A DNA stretch of 61,893 nucleotides, filler included, from Dugesia japonica (taxonomy: Eukaryota), in NCBI GenBank assembly GCA_001938525.1. It is 6 parts of 6 records of this genome, joined end to end, with 100 filler letters (N's around TTAATTAATTAA, not from the genome) between each part and the next. Parts side by side here need not be neighbours in the genome. Positions count along the whole stretch, not along the records: positions 35,570 to 44,015 come from MQRL01616186.1; positions 44,116 to 53,374 come from MQRL01625552.1; 4 more parts are not named here. The stretch is one strand, 5' to 3'. Positions 38,201-51,190 of the stretch are shown one piece after another (position 1 is the stretch's first letter; each line of letters starts with the position of its first letter). Both the position numbers and the translations under genes were made by a program. The notes below the pieces were generated by a model that ran no database searches, was not told the origin of the DNA, and saw only the letters and a list, made by a program, of their open reading frames with translations.

Positions 38201-40148
38201 TTTAAAATCTCATGAATTTTAGGGTTTATGATGAAAGTTTTATTTTCAATGCCGAATTCTATACTTTGTATGTAGTTGTCTCTAATTTTCTTTGATGACT
38301 CGTGTATTTACCATGACGATACCTGTATATTATATGATGAAGTGTCTATGTTTTCTGATGAAACCATAATTTTCCATGACAAAGTATTATTCTTCATTTG
38401 AAAGTGTTATTTTAAATAATGAATCCTATATTTTGCATGTTGTTTTAGAATTTCCTGTGATGAAATGTAATTTTATAGCGTTGACTTAGAAATTTCAATG
38501 TGATAAACTATATTTTTAGTGTGATCTAAAAGTTTAATTTGTTGTTTTGAATTTTTTAATATCTTCTATGTAATTTTTGAATATTATTGAATACTTCTGT
38601 GTAATTTATTAAACGATTTAATAGAAACATACAATGCTCGAAATGTTTTATTGACTTATGTAATTTTTAGTAAATTTAATTGCTTTTATATAACTTTAGG
38701 ATGATAAATTATAATTTTTTTGTACTGGTTTAGAAATTTTTTGTGACTACTTAGAATTTTACTGTAATTGAATGCAATTTTTGTGAGATAGAATGTAATT
38801 TTAGAAAATATTTAATTTGAAAGTTTATTTTATATCAATCAATATTGATTAATAAATTGCTAATGAATCATTAGTTGGGCTTATATTATAACAAATTTAA
38901 AAAAAACTAGATTTATTAGCTAGTGCATATTCAATGCGTTGGGCTTATATTATGGAAAACATGTTATTAAAATATGTTATAATTAATTTTATAATTATAA
39001 ATAAATTTTTTAATTAAAATTTTATTTTTTTTCATTTGGAAATGTAAAAACAGGTACGAGTTTGGTTATGCTTAATATTGAATTTTGTTTGTATTTTGAG
39101 ACACTTTGATAATTATTTATTTATGAAATTTTAAAATTTTCAATTTTTAGAAAACACCCAAAATTATTCACAACGGAAAAATGAAAATTTAAAAACAGGT
39201 ACGAAGTCGGTTATATCCATAATAACTTGAATATTTAAATATCTATAAAAATAAAATTGCTAAAATTTTGGTATAAGACATAAGTAGTGAAATATTTTTA
39301 TTAATTTTGTTAAATTAATTATCAAAACTTGAATTATAGAAATAGTTTTATATAATTATTATTTAATTCTTAAAATCAAATTAAATTAAATGAAAATAAA
39401 CATCTATATAACTATTTTACGTTTTGTTTGTATGGTTAATTGGGAATTTTCAAATTTGTTTAACTCTTTAATTTTAAACCCTAAATGATTCGAACTTGCA
39501 ATTGTGACTAATTTTTAAAAACCTAAGTCTCGTGTTATATTACATAACTATTCTGTGCACGTTCGTATTAACTTGTTAAATTTAAATAAAATCATACAAG
39601 TAATTATGTTAACTTATACTTAGTTTAAATTACTTTTCTTTTTTATACATTTGTTCTCAAAATATTAAGATATTTAGATATTAAGATATTAAGATATATT
39701 TTTTATTATTTTGGTTAAACAAACAAGGTTACACTAAACTTACGACATTTGTATTCATATGTTACTTATATTATTATATACAACAGAATTCTGATAAAGT
39801 GAACATTTCGGGACAAATTAATTTGTTCATTTTACTCGATAATTAGTATATTTATGATTTAAGATAATTAATATTTCAACAAAATGAAACAGTCTGTTCA
39901 TTATAAACGTAAAATCTTGTATATCAAAAGTGTTATAAACCGAATCTGCTGTATCAAAATCCGAAAATCTAAAAAATGAAGTTCATAACAAAATTATGCC
40001 ACTATTTACAAAATTGAACATATTTGTAAATATGTTCAATTAATTTTCTGTAATAAAAACTTGATTTTTATGGCAGGTTTTTGTACAATTAATGTTTATT
40101 AAGGAATTATCAAATTTTATGCTTTTTAATTTTATGTTTTCTTTTTTG

Positions 40149-40406
40149 TATGGAAGTCCGCAGGGGGGAGCTAATGGTAAAACCTAAAGCAGAGGATTTA
40201 CTGTCATAAAATTTTAAATTTTAAAATTCTTAATATAAATTTATAAAATATAGCAGTTGGGGATACACTTCAGACACCGTCGGGAGAAATTACGACGCTC
40301 CCTTTGCATGCCTGCTAATCATGAGGGTGCTGAGGCATCCTCGTTTGTCTCCGTCCCAACAATTTAAAACTTTGCTCCCCCTAAAAAAATTCTATGGACG
40401 CCTATG
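40149..40406. mobile_element. GC-rich non-autonomous DNA transposon (hAT-like MITE)
   Basis: Imperfect termini TATGGAAGTCCGCAGGGGG ... GGACGCCTATG. Confidence 0.4.
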
Positions 40407-40677
40407 TATATATGGGAATTACTTTTATGGCAATGTATGAAAATCCTATTGTTAATTTTTTTTCATAATTCGGCAATTTCTTTGAAGTTTTTAAAATTTT
40501 TAAATTCTTCATGTTAGGTTTCCAAATCAAAACTAATATTTTGAGACATCATTTATTTTATTACTACAAACCATGTTTCATAATATAAATAATATCGAAA
40601 TACTAAATTTCAATATTAATATTTATATAACTCAATTTCTATTGGGTGAAATTATTAATTAATAATTATTTCCTCAT

Positions 40678-40870
40678 TAATAATTTTTAATTAATAATTA
40701 TTTTACAATTGCAATTATTACGAGAATAATTGTTGGACTTAACCATTGATCGTTTTATAGTATTCATTTAATATAAAAGCTTAGATCAAAATTATTGATA
40801 TTGGATAACAATTCGATATTTCGACCTTGTCTTCGTCTTTTTATATTTTGATCTAAGCTTTTATATTAAA
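40678..40870 (-). mobile_element. Penelope-like pLTR mini-insertion with hairpin and truncated hammerhead
   Basis: 18-bp flanking direct repeat TAATAATTATTTCCTCAT (40660-40677 and 40871-40888); 26-bp internal inverted repeat; GACGAAGACAAGGTCGAAATATCGAATT on the minus strand (40810-40837); family end motif AATAATTGTTGGACTTAACCATTGATCG. Confidence 0.8.
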
Positions 40871-40894
40871 TAATAATTATTTCCTCATAATTAT

Positions 40895-43800
40895 TATTAT
40901 TATAACTCTGCCATTTGGAAATAATTTTCATTGAAAAGAACTGAAAAAGGGACTTGAAAAGCAAAGTTTAATATCTAACTTCTGTGCAAACTCTCTCATA
41001 ATTCTGGATTCAAAAGCTTTTCCACAATCGAGTCTTATTTCTCTTGGAGATCCAAATCTCAATATCCACTTTTCAAAAATAGCTTTGCGTATTTTTTCTT
41101 CGTCTTGTCTAGGTAATGGTATAAGAACCAGATATTTACTGTACTGATTGATTATTCCAAGACTATATTTTTTTCGTCCACTTGTTTCCCGCATTGGCTC
41201 ACATATATCTGAGAATATCACTTCAAATAAATTGGTAGCTTCTAATCTTTTAGTCTTCTCTTTAGTTGCTGTCGTCACTACTTTGATGTTTTGGCTAATT
41301 TCACAACTACGAAGTATTTTATATATTTGGCTCTACAAATTCTTCGCAATGTATTTATTTCTCTCAACTCCTACATGACATAATAATTTGTGTATTTCTT
41401 TTATTGACTCATGTATTTTGTCATCCGAAATTTTAATTTTCTTGATTAAATTTGTTTCCTCAGAAATGTTTAATTGCTCTTTTTTCCTTTTCAATAATGT
41501 TCAGTATTCTTGTTTTAATCTTACCTTTCTTGGCATCTTCATGTGACATTTGACATTTTACACATACCTCACATCTTGGTCTAGTAACATATCTGCATTA
41601 CCATGTTAAATTCCTTTTATATATTCCTAAACCATGTCTAGACTATTCAGATGATTAACCCATGTCTGGAATTGCGACATAATTGATTTCTTCGTCGTCA
41701 TCATGAAGGTTAGAGCTTTATGGTCTGTTCTAAGAGTAAATCTTGTACCGTACAAATAGTGTTTGAAGTGCATGTAGAAATAATAAAAAGCCAATAAGTC
41801 CTTTCGTGTGATCCAATATCCATTTTCATGACTCGTCATTGAGTGTGAACCATAGGCAACAACTCTTTCTCTTCCTTCCTTATCTCCCTGGGACAATACT
41901 GCTCAAATCGTATCAAAACTGGCATCTATATCTAATATAAATTCTTTATTTATGTCCGGAAAACACAATATTGGTGCAGCCATTAGAGATTTCTTCAGAC
42001 CCTCAAAGTATCGTTTATTTCATCTGTCCATTCTAATTTTTTGTTGCTTGGCCCGCTACACGCTGCTCTAAGATCCTTGATTTTCTTGCGTAGTTTTCTA
42101 TAAACTTTCTGTAATAATTACATATTCCTAAGAAACTTCGTAACTTCTTCACACAGTTAGGTTTGCCAAAGGTTCTTATTGCTTCTATTTTAGACGGATC
42201 AGTTCTAACACCATCCCTGCTAATGATGTGTCCAAGAAATTTGATTTCGCTTTGAAGAAACTGACACTTTTCTGGATTAATTTTTTAACCAGCCTTCATT
42301 ATTTCTATTAATACTCTTTCAATGACTTCATAGTGTTGATCTTTATTGTTCGTAAATATCAGGATGTCATCAAGATAAACNNNNNNNNNNNNNNNNNNNN
42401 NNNNNNNNNNNNNNNNNNNNNNNNNNNNNNATGTCATCAAGATAAACCATGGCTCCATTGATTCCGCCTACCACTTTTGTCATCATCTCCTGAAATGTCC
42501 CTGGCATTCTATTAAAACAATATTGTCCATGCTTTGTTGAAAACGCCTTTTTTCTTGAGATTTTTTTTCGAGCTCTACCTGATAGTATTTCCCAAATCTA
42601 TTGAACGAAAATTTTTTACTCCATCTAACTTGTCCAGCATTTCATCGACATTAGGCATAGGAAAAACTTGTCTTTTCGTTACTGCATTCAATTTTCTAAA
42701 ATCCAAACATATTCTTATGTCCTTCTTTTAATTTTTCAAAACACAGATCAGTGGGGTATTCCATGGAGAGTTGTATTTCCGGATAATATTATTCTCGAAA
42801 AGGCTTCTTCAATTTTATATTCTAAGTTCATTGGTTGTCTTTACGGTTTGACATTGATTCGTTCACCATTTGTGATTATTTTGTGTCTTCTCAGATGTGT
42901 GCGTCCTACATCCCATTTATCTGCCATAAAAGCATCTTCTTTACTTCCAATTATTTTCAATAATCGCTTATCCTTATTAATCTTCAAAGTATTTAAGGCT
43001 TTTGTCAATCGCTCTCCTTTTCTTAATTTGTCTTCTAAATTTCGCTTCAATATTTCAAATGTAATTTTCGACTTTTCATTCGTTTTGCTATCAGCCTTTC
43101 GCATAAGCTGGTTTTCAAAAATCTTCTGCATATCTATTTCTCCTATGAGATCTGGTGTTACTCTTTTAGCAACTAAGAAAATAATCTTTTTGAAAACGTA
43201 ATCAATTATCACTCAGGTTCTAACTTTCCCAACAATTTCAAGAGTACTATTATTTGAACAGCGCAAACTTTTCATAACTCATTTCTAAATTTACTTCTCG
43301 TAATTTATTAAAACAACTCAAACTCATCACGGTAATTCGAGCCCCTGTATCTAATAGACATTCTACTTTATTTCCTTGAATTGATAACTCTTGGTCTGCC
43401 TTGTTATTTATGGTACGAAATATTTGTTTTCTGTTCTGTTTCAACTGTTCCAACCCATTCTAATTTTCTATCATCCGCAAAATTTTCCCTCTTTAAGAAC
43501 CTGAATACTTTTTCTGTAACTTTTCCGATATCATCCCATTTTTCGACCCCTTGAGGATAAATACTAACTTCATTTAACAATGGATGGCTGCAACCAACTC
43601 CTCTACTGACGGAGCCCTGCCTTTTGGGTACTGCCTTTCACTTTCATACACTTTTTCATAAAAATTGTTTGTATTGACATCTTCATCTTCAATCGCATGT
43701 ACTAGATTATATCGGTTTCTTGATCTTTCTGCAGTCATAAATTTCTCACTTGTTCTTTTCGTTTTAAAATTTGTGTAGCATTTTTCTGCTCTATGTCCAC

Positions 43801-44015
43801 CATTACCACATCGTTTACACCTCACTTCTTGAATTACCCTTCTAATATGGCCAACCTTTCCACAGCCAAAACATTTTGTTGGTTTTTGTTTGGACAATCT
43901 CAACTTATATGTCCTGTTTTATGACAAGTCCAAATCTCTATCACTTTTTTGGTCGGACAATTTGCTTTAGTATGACCGATCTTATGACATAACCAACATT
44001 CAATATTTTGTTTTT
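40895..44015 (-). mobile_element. Ty3/Gypsy retrotransposon (gag-PR-RT-RH-IN), degenerate and truncated at both ends
   Basis: CCHC knuckles, protease LLDTGA, RT (MVYLDDILIF), RNase H (ILDIDAS, VVAYGSH, LRTDHKAL), integrase (IFSDICEPM, FGSPREIRLDCGKAF). Confidence 0.93.
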
Positions 44016-44525
44016 NNNNNNNNNNNNNNNNNNNNNNNNNNNNNNNNNNNNNNNNNNNNTTAATTAATTAANNNNNNNNNNNNNNNNNNNNNNNNNNNNN
44101 NNNNNNNNNNNNNNNTTTTTTTTATTCACAATTTTAAATTTTAATTTAGATATTATGGCTCTTATTCTTTTCCGAAAGAAAAGAGTCTTAGGAAAAGATG
44201 AAAAGGATTTCGTTTTAACGAAATTCTACAAGGAGATATATCAGAATTCAGCTTGCGAGTGTTTCAGATGTGGATATTCTCTCTTTGAGAATATAATAAA
44301 CAATATTTCATGTTAATAAAATTTAGTTTTAAAAAATTGTTGTTTATTTTGTTTATTTATCTTGTTGTTATTTATTTATCATAAATTTTTTTTATTATTT
44401 TTAAGTTAATTATTTTAAAAGTATTTTACTTTTTATAGTTATTATTCTGAAATAAGTCTGTTTTATATGAAATTAATAAATAAAAAAGAAATAAAATTAA
44501 CAACATTTATTTTTACTAAATAAAT

Positions 44526-44942
44526 TCAATAAATCTCTCGAACTTTCCAAATAGTAAAGGATATTTTTCTGTTTATTGACATAATATTGTCTCCATTTAC
44601 CTTGGTTCCTTGGATTTCCACTTGGATCATATATTTTTCGTTCTTGTCGAATACTNNNNNNNNNNNNNNNNNNNNNNNNNNNNNNNNNNNNNNNNNNNNN
44701 NNNNNNNNNGGTTCTATTCTTTGGAATAATAAATTTAGAATATTTTTATCGTTTGAACTAATATCCGATATTAGTAAACTATACAGGTTCCTAAATGGAA
44801 AGCAATAAATAAAAAATAAAAGAAAAACCTTTACTTGAAACGTATATATTATCGGTCTTTTAAAATATTTCATTTGAATTCCATGAAAATCAGTAGGCTT
44901 TCCATAATCCGCAGTGATGGGCAACACACTATCTTTGTTCAA
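44526..44942 (-). pseudogene. Cassette gene A, diverged homologue; 44-bp intron at 44791-44834
   Basis: NKDSVLPITADYGKPTDFHGIQMKYFKRPIIYTFQ|EPV..YSLLISDISSNDKNIL...KYMIQVEIQG...FTIWKVREI aligns by eye with 23200-23636, with the same phase-0 intron. Confidence 0.65.
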
Positions 44943-45105
44943 TGTAATTATTGGTTGCTTATTAAAATTATGAAAATTTATCGAAGGTTTTCGTTTATAT
45001 ACTCATGGTTGACATGTATGTTTCTTTTTTTTCTATTTTATTGTTTGCTCTTGTGTTAGTATTGTTAATTATCATGTTTTCATTGGTAGTTCTTTGTTTA
45101 ATATT

Positions 45106-45565
45106 ATGATTGCATGCAAAGTGCAAAACGAATGCAAGTTAAANNNNNNNNNNNNNNNNNNNNNNNNNNNNNNNNNNNNNNNNNNNNNNNNNNNNNNNNN
45201 NNNNNNNNNNNNNNNNNNNNNNNNNNNNNNNNNNNNNNNNNNNNNNNNNNNNNNNNNNNNNNNNNNNNNNNNNNNNNNNNNNNNNNNNNNNNNNNNNNNN
45301 NNNNNNNNNNNNNNNNNNNNNNNNNNNNNNNNNNNNNNNNNNNCTTGCAAGAAGAATAATAAATGAATTGTTTTCAGAATGTGAAAGAAAATCAAAAGTG
45401 TTGGAAGAAAAAGAATATTGAGACTATGTTCTGAAAGAAGAGTTGATTGATATCGAGAGGGTTTTATACCTTTTCGAAAGCAAATTTGAAATAATATCAA
45501 TATATGAAACCAATCCATCTCCATACTGGGTAATGCGGACCGTTATTGAGGAAAGATTTCCATAA
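45106..45565 (+). pseudogene. Cassette gene B, diverged homologue (partly in an N gap)
   Basis: LARRIINELFSECERKSKVLEEKEY*DYVL versus ARQIVNEKIPHFIEETKDMNSEDYWDYIL; same head-to-head orientation to gene A. Confidence 0.6.
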
Positions 45566-45754
45566 ATTTTGTTTGTTGTTGATGTCATTTTTATTGTATT
45601 GATGTTGTCTTGTAATTTTATTGATGTTTAATAAATTTTATAACTTGATTTGTTTCTTTTGTTTACTTTAAAAATTAAAAAAATAAAAAAAAATTTTTTA
45701 AAACAAAATTAAAAAAAAAATTTTTAAAACAATATTTAAAAAAATTTTTAAAAA

Positions 45755-45930
45755 AAAACGATGAGTCATCCTAATCTAGAAATTTTCTTTGTCTAAGGGG
45801 GTGGTGCCATGCAGATCTAGAAAAACGATGAGTCATGGTCTTTGTTCTAAGATAAAGGATGACTCGTTGTCTTCGTCGTTATGAGTCATACCTGTGAGTC
45901 ATCGTCTTTGTCTTAGTCATCGATGACATT
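45755..45930. promoter_or_regulatory. Cluster of AP-1-type TGAGTCA motifs in an element-terminal region
   Basis: Perfect TGAGTCA at 45762, 45829, 45882 and 45895, plus near matches. Confidence 0.45.
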
Positions 45931-46807
45931 AAATCAAATATCAATTAATACAAGAACTAGGTTTTACGGAGGCCATGAAAAAAACTCACGAAGACCACAG
46001 GTTCTCTATCTTTGATATAAGGGTTTAAATTTATAGAAATTTTTCATATGGATTCAATTAGTTTTATTGATTTAACTACTCAAACCCCAATGAAGATTTT
46101 CTATAATATTGTGACAGCACTAAACATTGTTGAAATCACTGACATATTAATACCAGAAATAATTTTTCGCACAATAATATTTCAATGAAAATTGCTTTGT
46201 ACAGAGAATAGAACAGGAAAGGTTAGTTCACTGCAAGGTGCATCAAAATATATGCAAAAACTGTGAAAATATCCGATGAATTCCAAACCCTTTTGCGTAT
46301 GTTACACTAAGTTACAAATGCAATGACGAAGACAATAAAACAAATTTAAAGGTAGAAGATTTAGTTGTTCTTGAATACCTTGCTAACGGAAGAAGTTTAA
46401 AGCAAAAATAAATTTTCTGACAAAAATATTTATTCAATTAATAATTTATTATTAAATATTTGAAAAAATTCATTGATTATCTGGAGAATTATTTGAAACA
46501 TGTTAATAATTTGATTTCTGGATGCACGAATTAATATTCAGTAAGATCTTCTAAAAAATTATTAAATGTTTTTATTTGAGTTGATTAGTTTATTAATGAG
46601 ATTAAATCAATCTAAAGCATAAATTGTACAAGCTTATGTATAATTTATTTATAAGTATTCAAATAATATTTCAACCAATCAAATTTAAATAATAAAATAC
46701 ATACAAAACCGAAATTTTGTTAGTATTCTCGCTAAACATAATTTTAAGCGTTACTGAAGATAATAAAATTTTATTTAAAATTTTGCCTTAGCAAAGAAAA
46801 TTAATTT

Positions 46808-47782
46808 ATGATATTTTTTAAATCATTATTATTATCTCTAGCACTTCTTTCAATTTTACTAAAAAATTCATTAAATATAGAAAATGTTATTTCCGAAAAA
46901 AAATTCTGTTCAAGGATAACCACTGATTCATTATTACATTATGGAAGATCGCATCGTTATACCAATAAAATACCGAAAATTATTCATTATGTCTATAAAA
47001 CTATGTATATTCCAACTCAATATTCGCCACACATCAGAAATTGTATGAAAATCAATAAAGATGCAAAATTTGTATTTTGGAGTGATTTTACAGCGTATCG
47101 ATTCATTATAAATCATTTTCAAAATTCTTTAGATTTATACTCGAGCTATTTTAACAAAAATATTGAATTATTAAAAATATCAGATTTGATTAGATATTTT
47201 ATTTTGTATAAATTTGGTGGTATTTACATGGATATGGATACAAAATGTCAAAAANCTTTTGATATTGTTATGATTAATAGTTCGTGTATTTTGAGTCAAG
47301 AAGTCAATGAACAATCTCGAATAATGTGGAATGTGCCTTATTTAGCAATGAACAGTTTAATGGCTTCAACACCGAATCATGATTTTTTGACATATGTCTT
47401 AGGAAAATTAACAAAAGCAGATGGATCGTGGATATTAGGACAAACTGGACCTGTTTTTCTTACTAAAATATTTGAAGCTTATCAGAAATTATTTACAAGC
47501 AATCCTCATTCATTACTACCAGTTACTTTAGCCGACCCATATATGTTTTCACCACACACTGAGAATCATCTTGAAAACCGATGTTCTAAGCTTAGTGGAG
47601 ATTGGAAAATAAAAGGATGTAAGGATTTACCCATGCATAGAAAAATACAAAAGAGCAAGATTAGCGATGCAATTGTAGTCCATCTATTTATGCATTTAGG
47701 ATATAATTTTGCCAAGGGTAATATTAAAGTATTGGATAATTCTTGCTTTGCATTTACAAGCATGTCGATAATCTGGTTATAA
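46808..47782 (+). CDS. GT32-family (DxD) glycosyltransferase, SUR1/CSH1/OCH1-like, type II membrane protein
   Basis: Intact 324-aa single-exon ORF; hydrophobic N-terminal anchor; KIPKIIH, FWSD, SDLIRYFILYKFGGIYMDMD, NSLMASTPNHDFL and TGPVFLT motifs. Confidence 0.92.
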   Translation: MIFFKSLLLSLALLSILLKNSLNIENVISEKKFCSRITTDSLLHYGRSHRYTNKIPKIIHYVYKTMYIPTQYSPHIRNCMKINKDAKFVFWSDFTAYRFIINHFQNSLDLYSSYFNKNIELLKISDLIRYFILYKFGGIYMDMDTKCQKXFDIVMINSSCILSQEVNEQSRIMWNVPYLAMNSLMASTPNHDFLTYVLGKLTKADGSWILGQTGPVFLTKIFEAYQKLFTSNPHSLLPVTLADPYMFSPHTENHLENRCSKLSGDWKIKGCKDLPMHRKIQKSKISDAIVVHLFMHLGYNFAKGNIKVLDNSCFAFTSMSIIWL

Positions 47783-47869
47783 AACAATTGTTGTGCTATT
47801 TAATATTTTTTTAACATTANNNNNNNNNNNNNNNNNNNNNNNNNNNNNNNNNNNNNNNNNNNNNNNNNN

Positions 47870-47934
<65 letters not shown>
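47870..47934. repeat. (TTA)n microsatellite
   Basis: Direct observation. Confidence 0.95.
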
Positions 47935-49163
47935 GTTTATAAAAACTTGGAAAATAAGAATAGTATGTGTTTGAAAACTTTATTTCAATTTTTATTGTAT
48001 GTAATAAAAATGGGTTTATGCTGTACTTTGATGTTTCCAGCTTTTTCGTTAATGTTCCACTGCTGGAAATAATAGGTCTTTGTAATTTTTTGAATTATTC
48101 AGAATCTTCAGAATTATTATAATTGTACACTTATCTAGTTTGTTACAGTTTGTACATAACCAGTCCATAAAGACTAAAGTAATTCTCATATTCACTATTT
48201 TTTATTTCACACTGAATTGTATTAAATGATAATCTGAAATTTATTTATTTAAAACCATAATTAATTTTGTTTTAATTAGCCTTCAGGCAAATTTCACGGG
48301 TTTCCATAAATTTTCGATTATTCCCTTCCAACAAGATTTTCTGAAAAGTTTTCTACGTTATAATAAATAAATTTTAGCTATTTATATTAAATAACAATTA
48401 GTTATTAATTTTGCAAAAATAAACAATTGAAACACAATTTTTTTTGAAACTTTTAGCTTATAATTTTATTAAAATCAAATATAATAAAATTAATTAAATT
48501 ATTTTTATTATTTTTCCTTAAACAAACATAAATATTTTGATATGAAATTCAAGAATATAAAATATTGACCAAATGTTTATTATTTAATATCAATGTTTAA
48601 AATCGATTGATAATTTATCGCAAATTTATTATCGAATATATTATTCATGTTAAAATTATAAACGACCTATTTTAAATCAATCACGAGATTAAATGATAAT
48701 TTATAATCTAAGTATTAAACGTTATCTAATCAAATTGAAAATTATTTCAATTGCATAAAATTTACACAAATAAAATTAAGTAGAAAATGCATAAAACAAA
48801 CGATAATTTATATTTACTATTATTTTTGAATTAACAAATTAATCGCTTACGTAAGTAGGTGAATTCAAAGATTTAGCTTGAATTTAAAATCTCATTGATA
48901 CCTTTAGCAGCCTACAGCGGCATTTAAAGCCTGGCAGGCTTTTACCCCCCTCGAATCAAGAGACAAATAAAATCGCTATCACTCAATCAGAATAATCTTC
49001 ATTTGGTTAGACAAGATAAAAATACATCATAACTCGTTCACTGATCACACCAATGCGCAAACCATTCAAAATCGTCTCAAATGACCACCACCACCCTTTT
49101 GTTTGATGACAATTTTTTTTAATCGATTTATTTCTTGTTTTTTTTATCAAGTACTATTTTTGT

Positions 49164-49826
49164 TTATACCAATGGTTTGTAAACTGTTATTCCTTCCGAA
49201 TTGAAAATATCTGTTTTTACTCGTTCATTATCATGACTTTGTTGGGTAAAATCAATAAATAAATATTCATGTAGTTTTGTAGTAACATCGTGAAATGCAT
49301 CTGATAAAAATTCTTTATCTTGTGGAAATGCTTGACGGGAATTATAGTAAACCACGGTTTGATCTCGTAGATATTTGAATAAAACCGAATAATGGACATT
49401 TAGATTACGTGAACGATGCATACTGCTTTGATGAAAAAGATTTGGGTGATAAAGATGACAGTTACATTACCATAACGAGCAGTTTTTGGAGCGATTATTA
49501 AAATCAGCCTGCTTATTTGCCTCTTGAAACAAGTCATCGATTACAATGACATCACCAGTATTTAGTCTCTTTAACCAATCATCATCGAATTCATCAATTA
49601 TCGTATTCTTTCTTAACTTGCAAAATTGACCATTAGTCAGGCCAGCTTCAACTCCACCACCTTGATGCCAATAAATATGTTTGAACTTTTTCGGAAAGAA
49701 TTTGCTTTGTAGTAATTGGCAAACAAATAATGTTTTGCCGCTTACACTGGGACCGACTATTTGAAAAACCGTGTTGTTTTGTAGTACAATTTTACAGAAA
49801 TCATAGAAGTGATTAATTTTATACAA
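49164..49826 (-). pseudogene. Polinton A32/FtsK-like genome-packaging ATPase (frameshifted)
   Basis: Walker A IVGPSVSGKT, Walker B VIVIDDL, then FITQNLF, SRNLNVHYSVLFK, YLFIDF. Confidence 0.88.
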
Positions 49827-50339
49827 AAAGAGTATATAAGCCCATGATTATTGCTCATTCGTCATTAAACAATGTTATGAAATATTAATTACAGAGCTCA
49901 TCTAATTGATTCACTTTCAGATCTTCAATTTAATACATGGAAGTAACCCCGACAGTATGTAGTGAAAATGAATGATTATTCAGTAATTGTTTTTGAATAG
50001 GGAAAATTTAGAATAATGTGATGCAAAAAACCAATCAAGGATGAACAAATTAATTGCAAAAAATATCAAAATCCAAATAGATGGTATTTAATCAACTACT
50101 GTAACATGTGATCATGGACAAGTGGTGAATTTATATAAATTGAGCAGTGTATTAGATTGTTGGCTTGAACCAAAATTATTTCCTGCATTATCGGCTATAA
50201 ACAAGAGGGAACGACTAGATGGAACCATCTTCGCAAAATTAGCATGTATGCCGGAAAAACTAAATTATCGCTTTTTTACCTTAATATTCTACAGGTTGTT
50301 GTTGGAAGCTCAATCGTTGAAGAAATATACCCAAAAGAT

Positions 50340-51190
50340 TCTATAACCGGGTAGGTTTGACAACAAATTGAATTCAATATTATTGGTTCAGATAATGATT
50401 ACTTGGATTTGAATGATACGTTGCTCATTATAAAAATGAAGACGGTAAAACATGATGAAACGGACTTTGTATCAACTGATACTACCAACATGATTCCTTC
50501 CAATTATTTGCTTCACACTCAATTCAAAGAAGCATCATTAACACTAAATAATGTAAAGGTTAAAAATACAAATTATACGTTTATGCAGAAGGTGGTAATT
50601 GAAGCCCCTTTAAAGTTTGGATCGGATACAAAAAACACTTTTCTTGAAGCTGTTGGTTATCATAAAGAAGATGACAAGAGAAAAGGTTGGATTAAAACGT
50701 CTGCAGAGCTAACGCTCTGTGGTGCACTTAATTTAGATTTCTTTGACCAACAAAAGTATTTGTTGCTGGGAGTCAATGTTACAAATAAATTGACGAGAAA
50801 TATGGGTTCGATAATTTACAAATATAATAAAGACGTTAAGAACCAGTTGAAATGAATCCAAAACCGTACATAATAGATGCAAAATTGGTAGTGCAACGTG
50901 TTTGTGTTGATCAGTCGGTTATGATTGGACATCAAAATGCAATCTACCCTTTCCAGAAAACAAAAATCGTGAATTTTACAATTCCAAAAAACTCACATGA
51001 GGAATATAAAGATAATTTCTTTTCTGATGAATGATTACCGAAATTTGTTTTGATTGCTTTCCAATCTTCAAAACAAGCAAGTTGTGATTATGGCTTATTT
51101 TGTTCGACATTCTCAAATTTCAGTGTAAAGTCAATATGCTTGCCGAGAAACGTTGATTATCGAGAAACATACTACTGACTTTGATACCAA
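50340..51190 (+). pseudogene. Polinton/adintovirus major capsid protein, type 2
   Basis: IEFNIIGSDNDYLDLNDTLL...NYLLHTQF...LTLNN...LCGALNLDFFDQQKYLLLGVNV...IIDAKLVVQRV...AIYPF...LPKFVLIAF. Confidence 0.8.

Noticed and set aside
42668-43201. 177-aa plus-strand ORF and similar ones (2995-3255, 41148-41378, 26480-26692, 47566-47787, 60566-60913, 61291-61608)
   Set aside because: Antisense shadows of recognisable genes on the other strand, with no motifs of their own.
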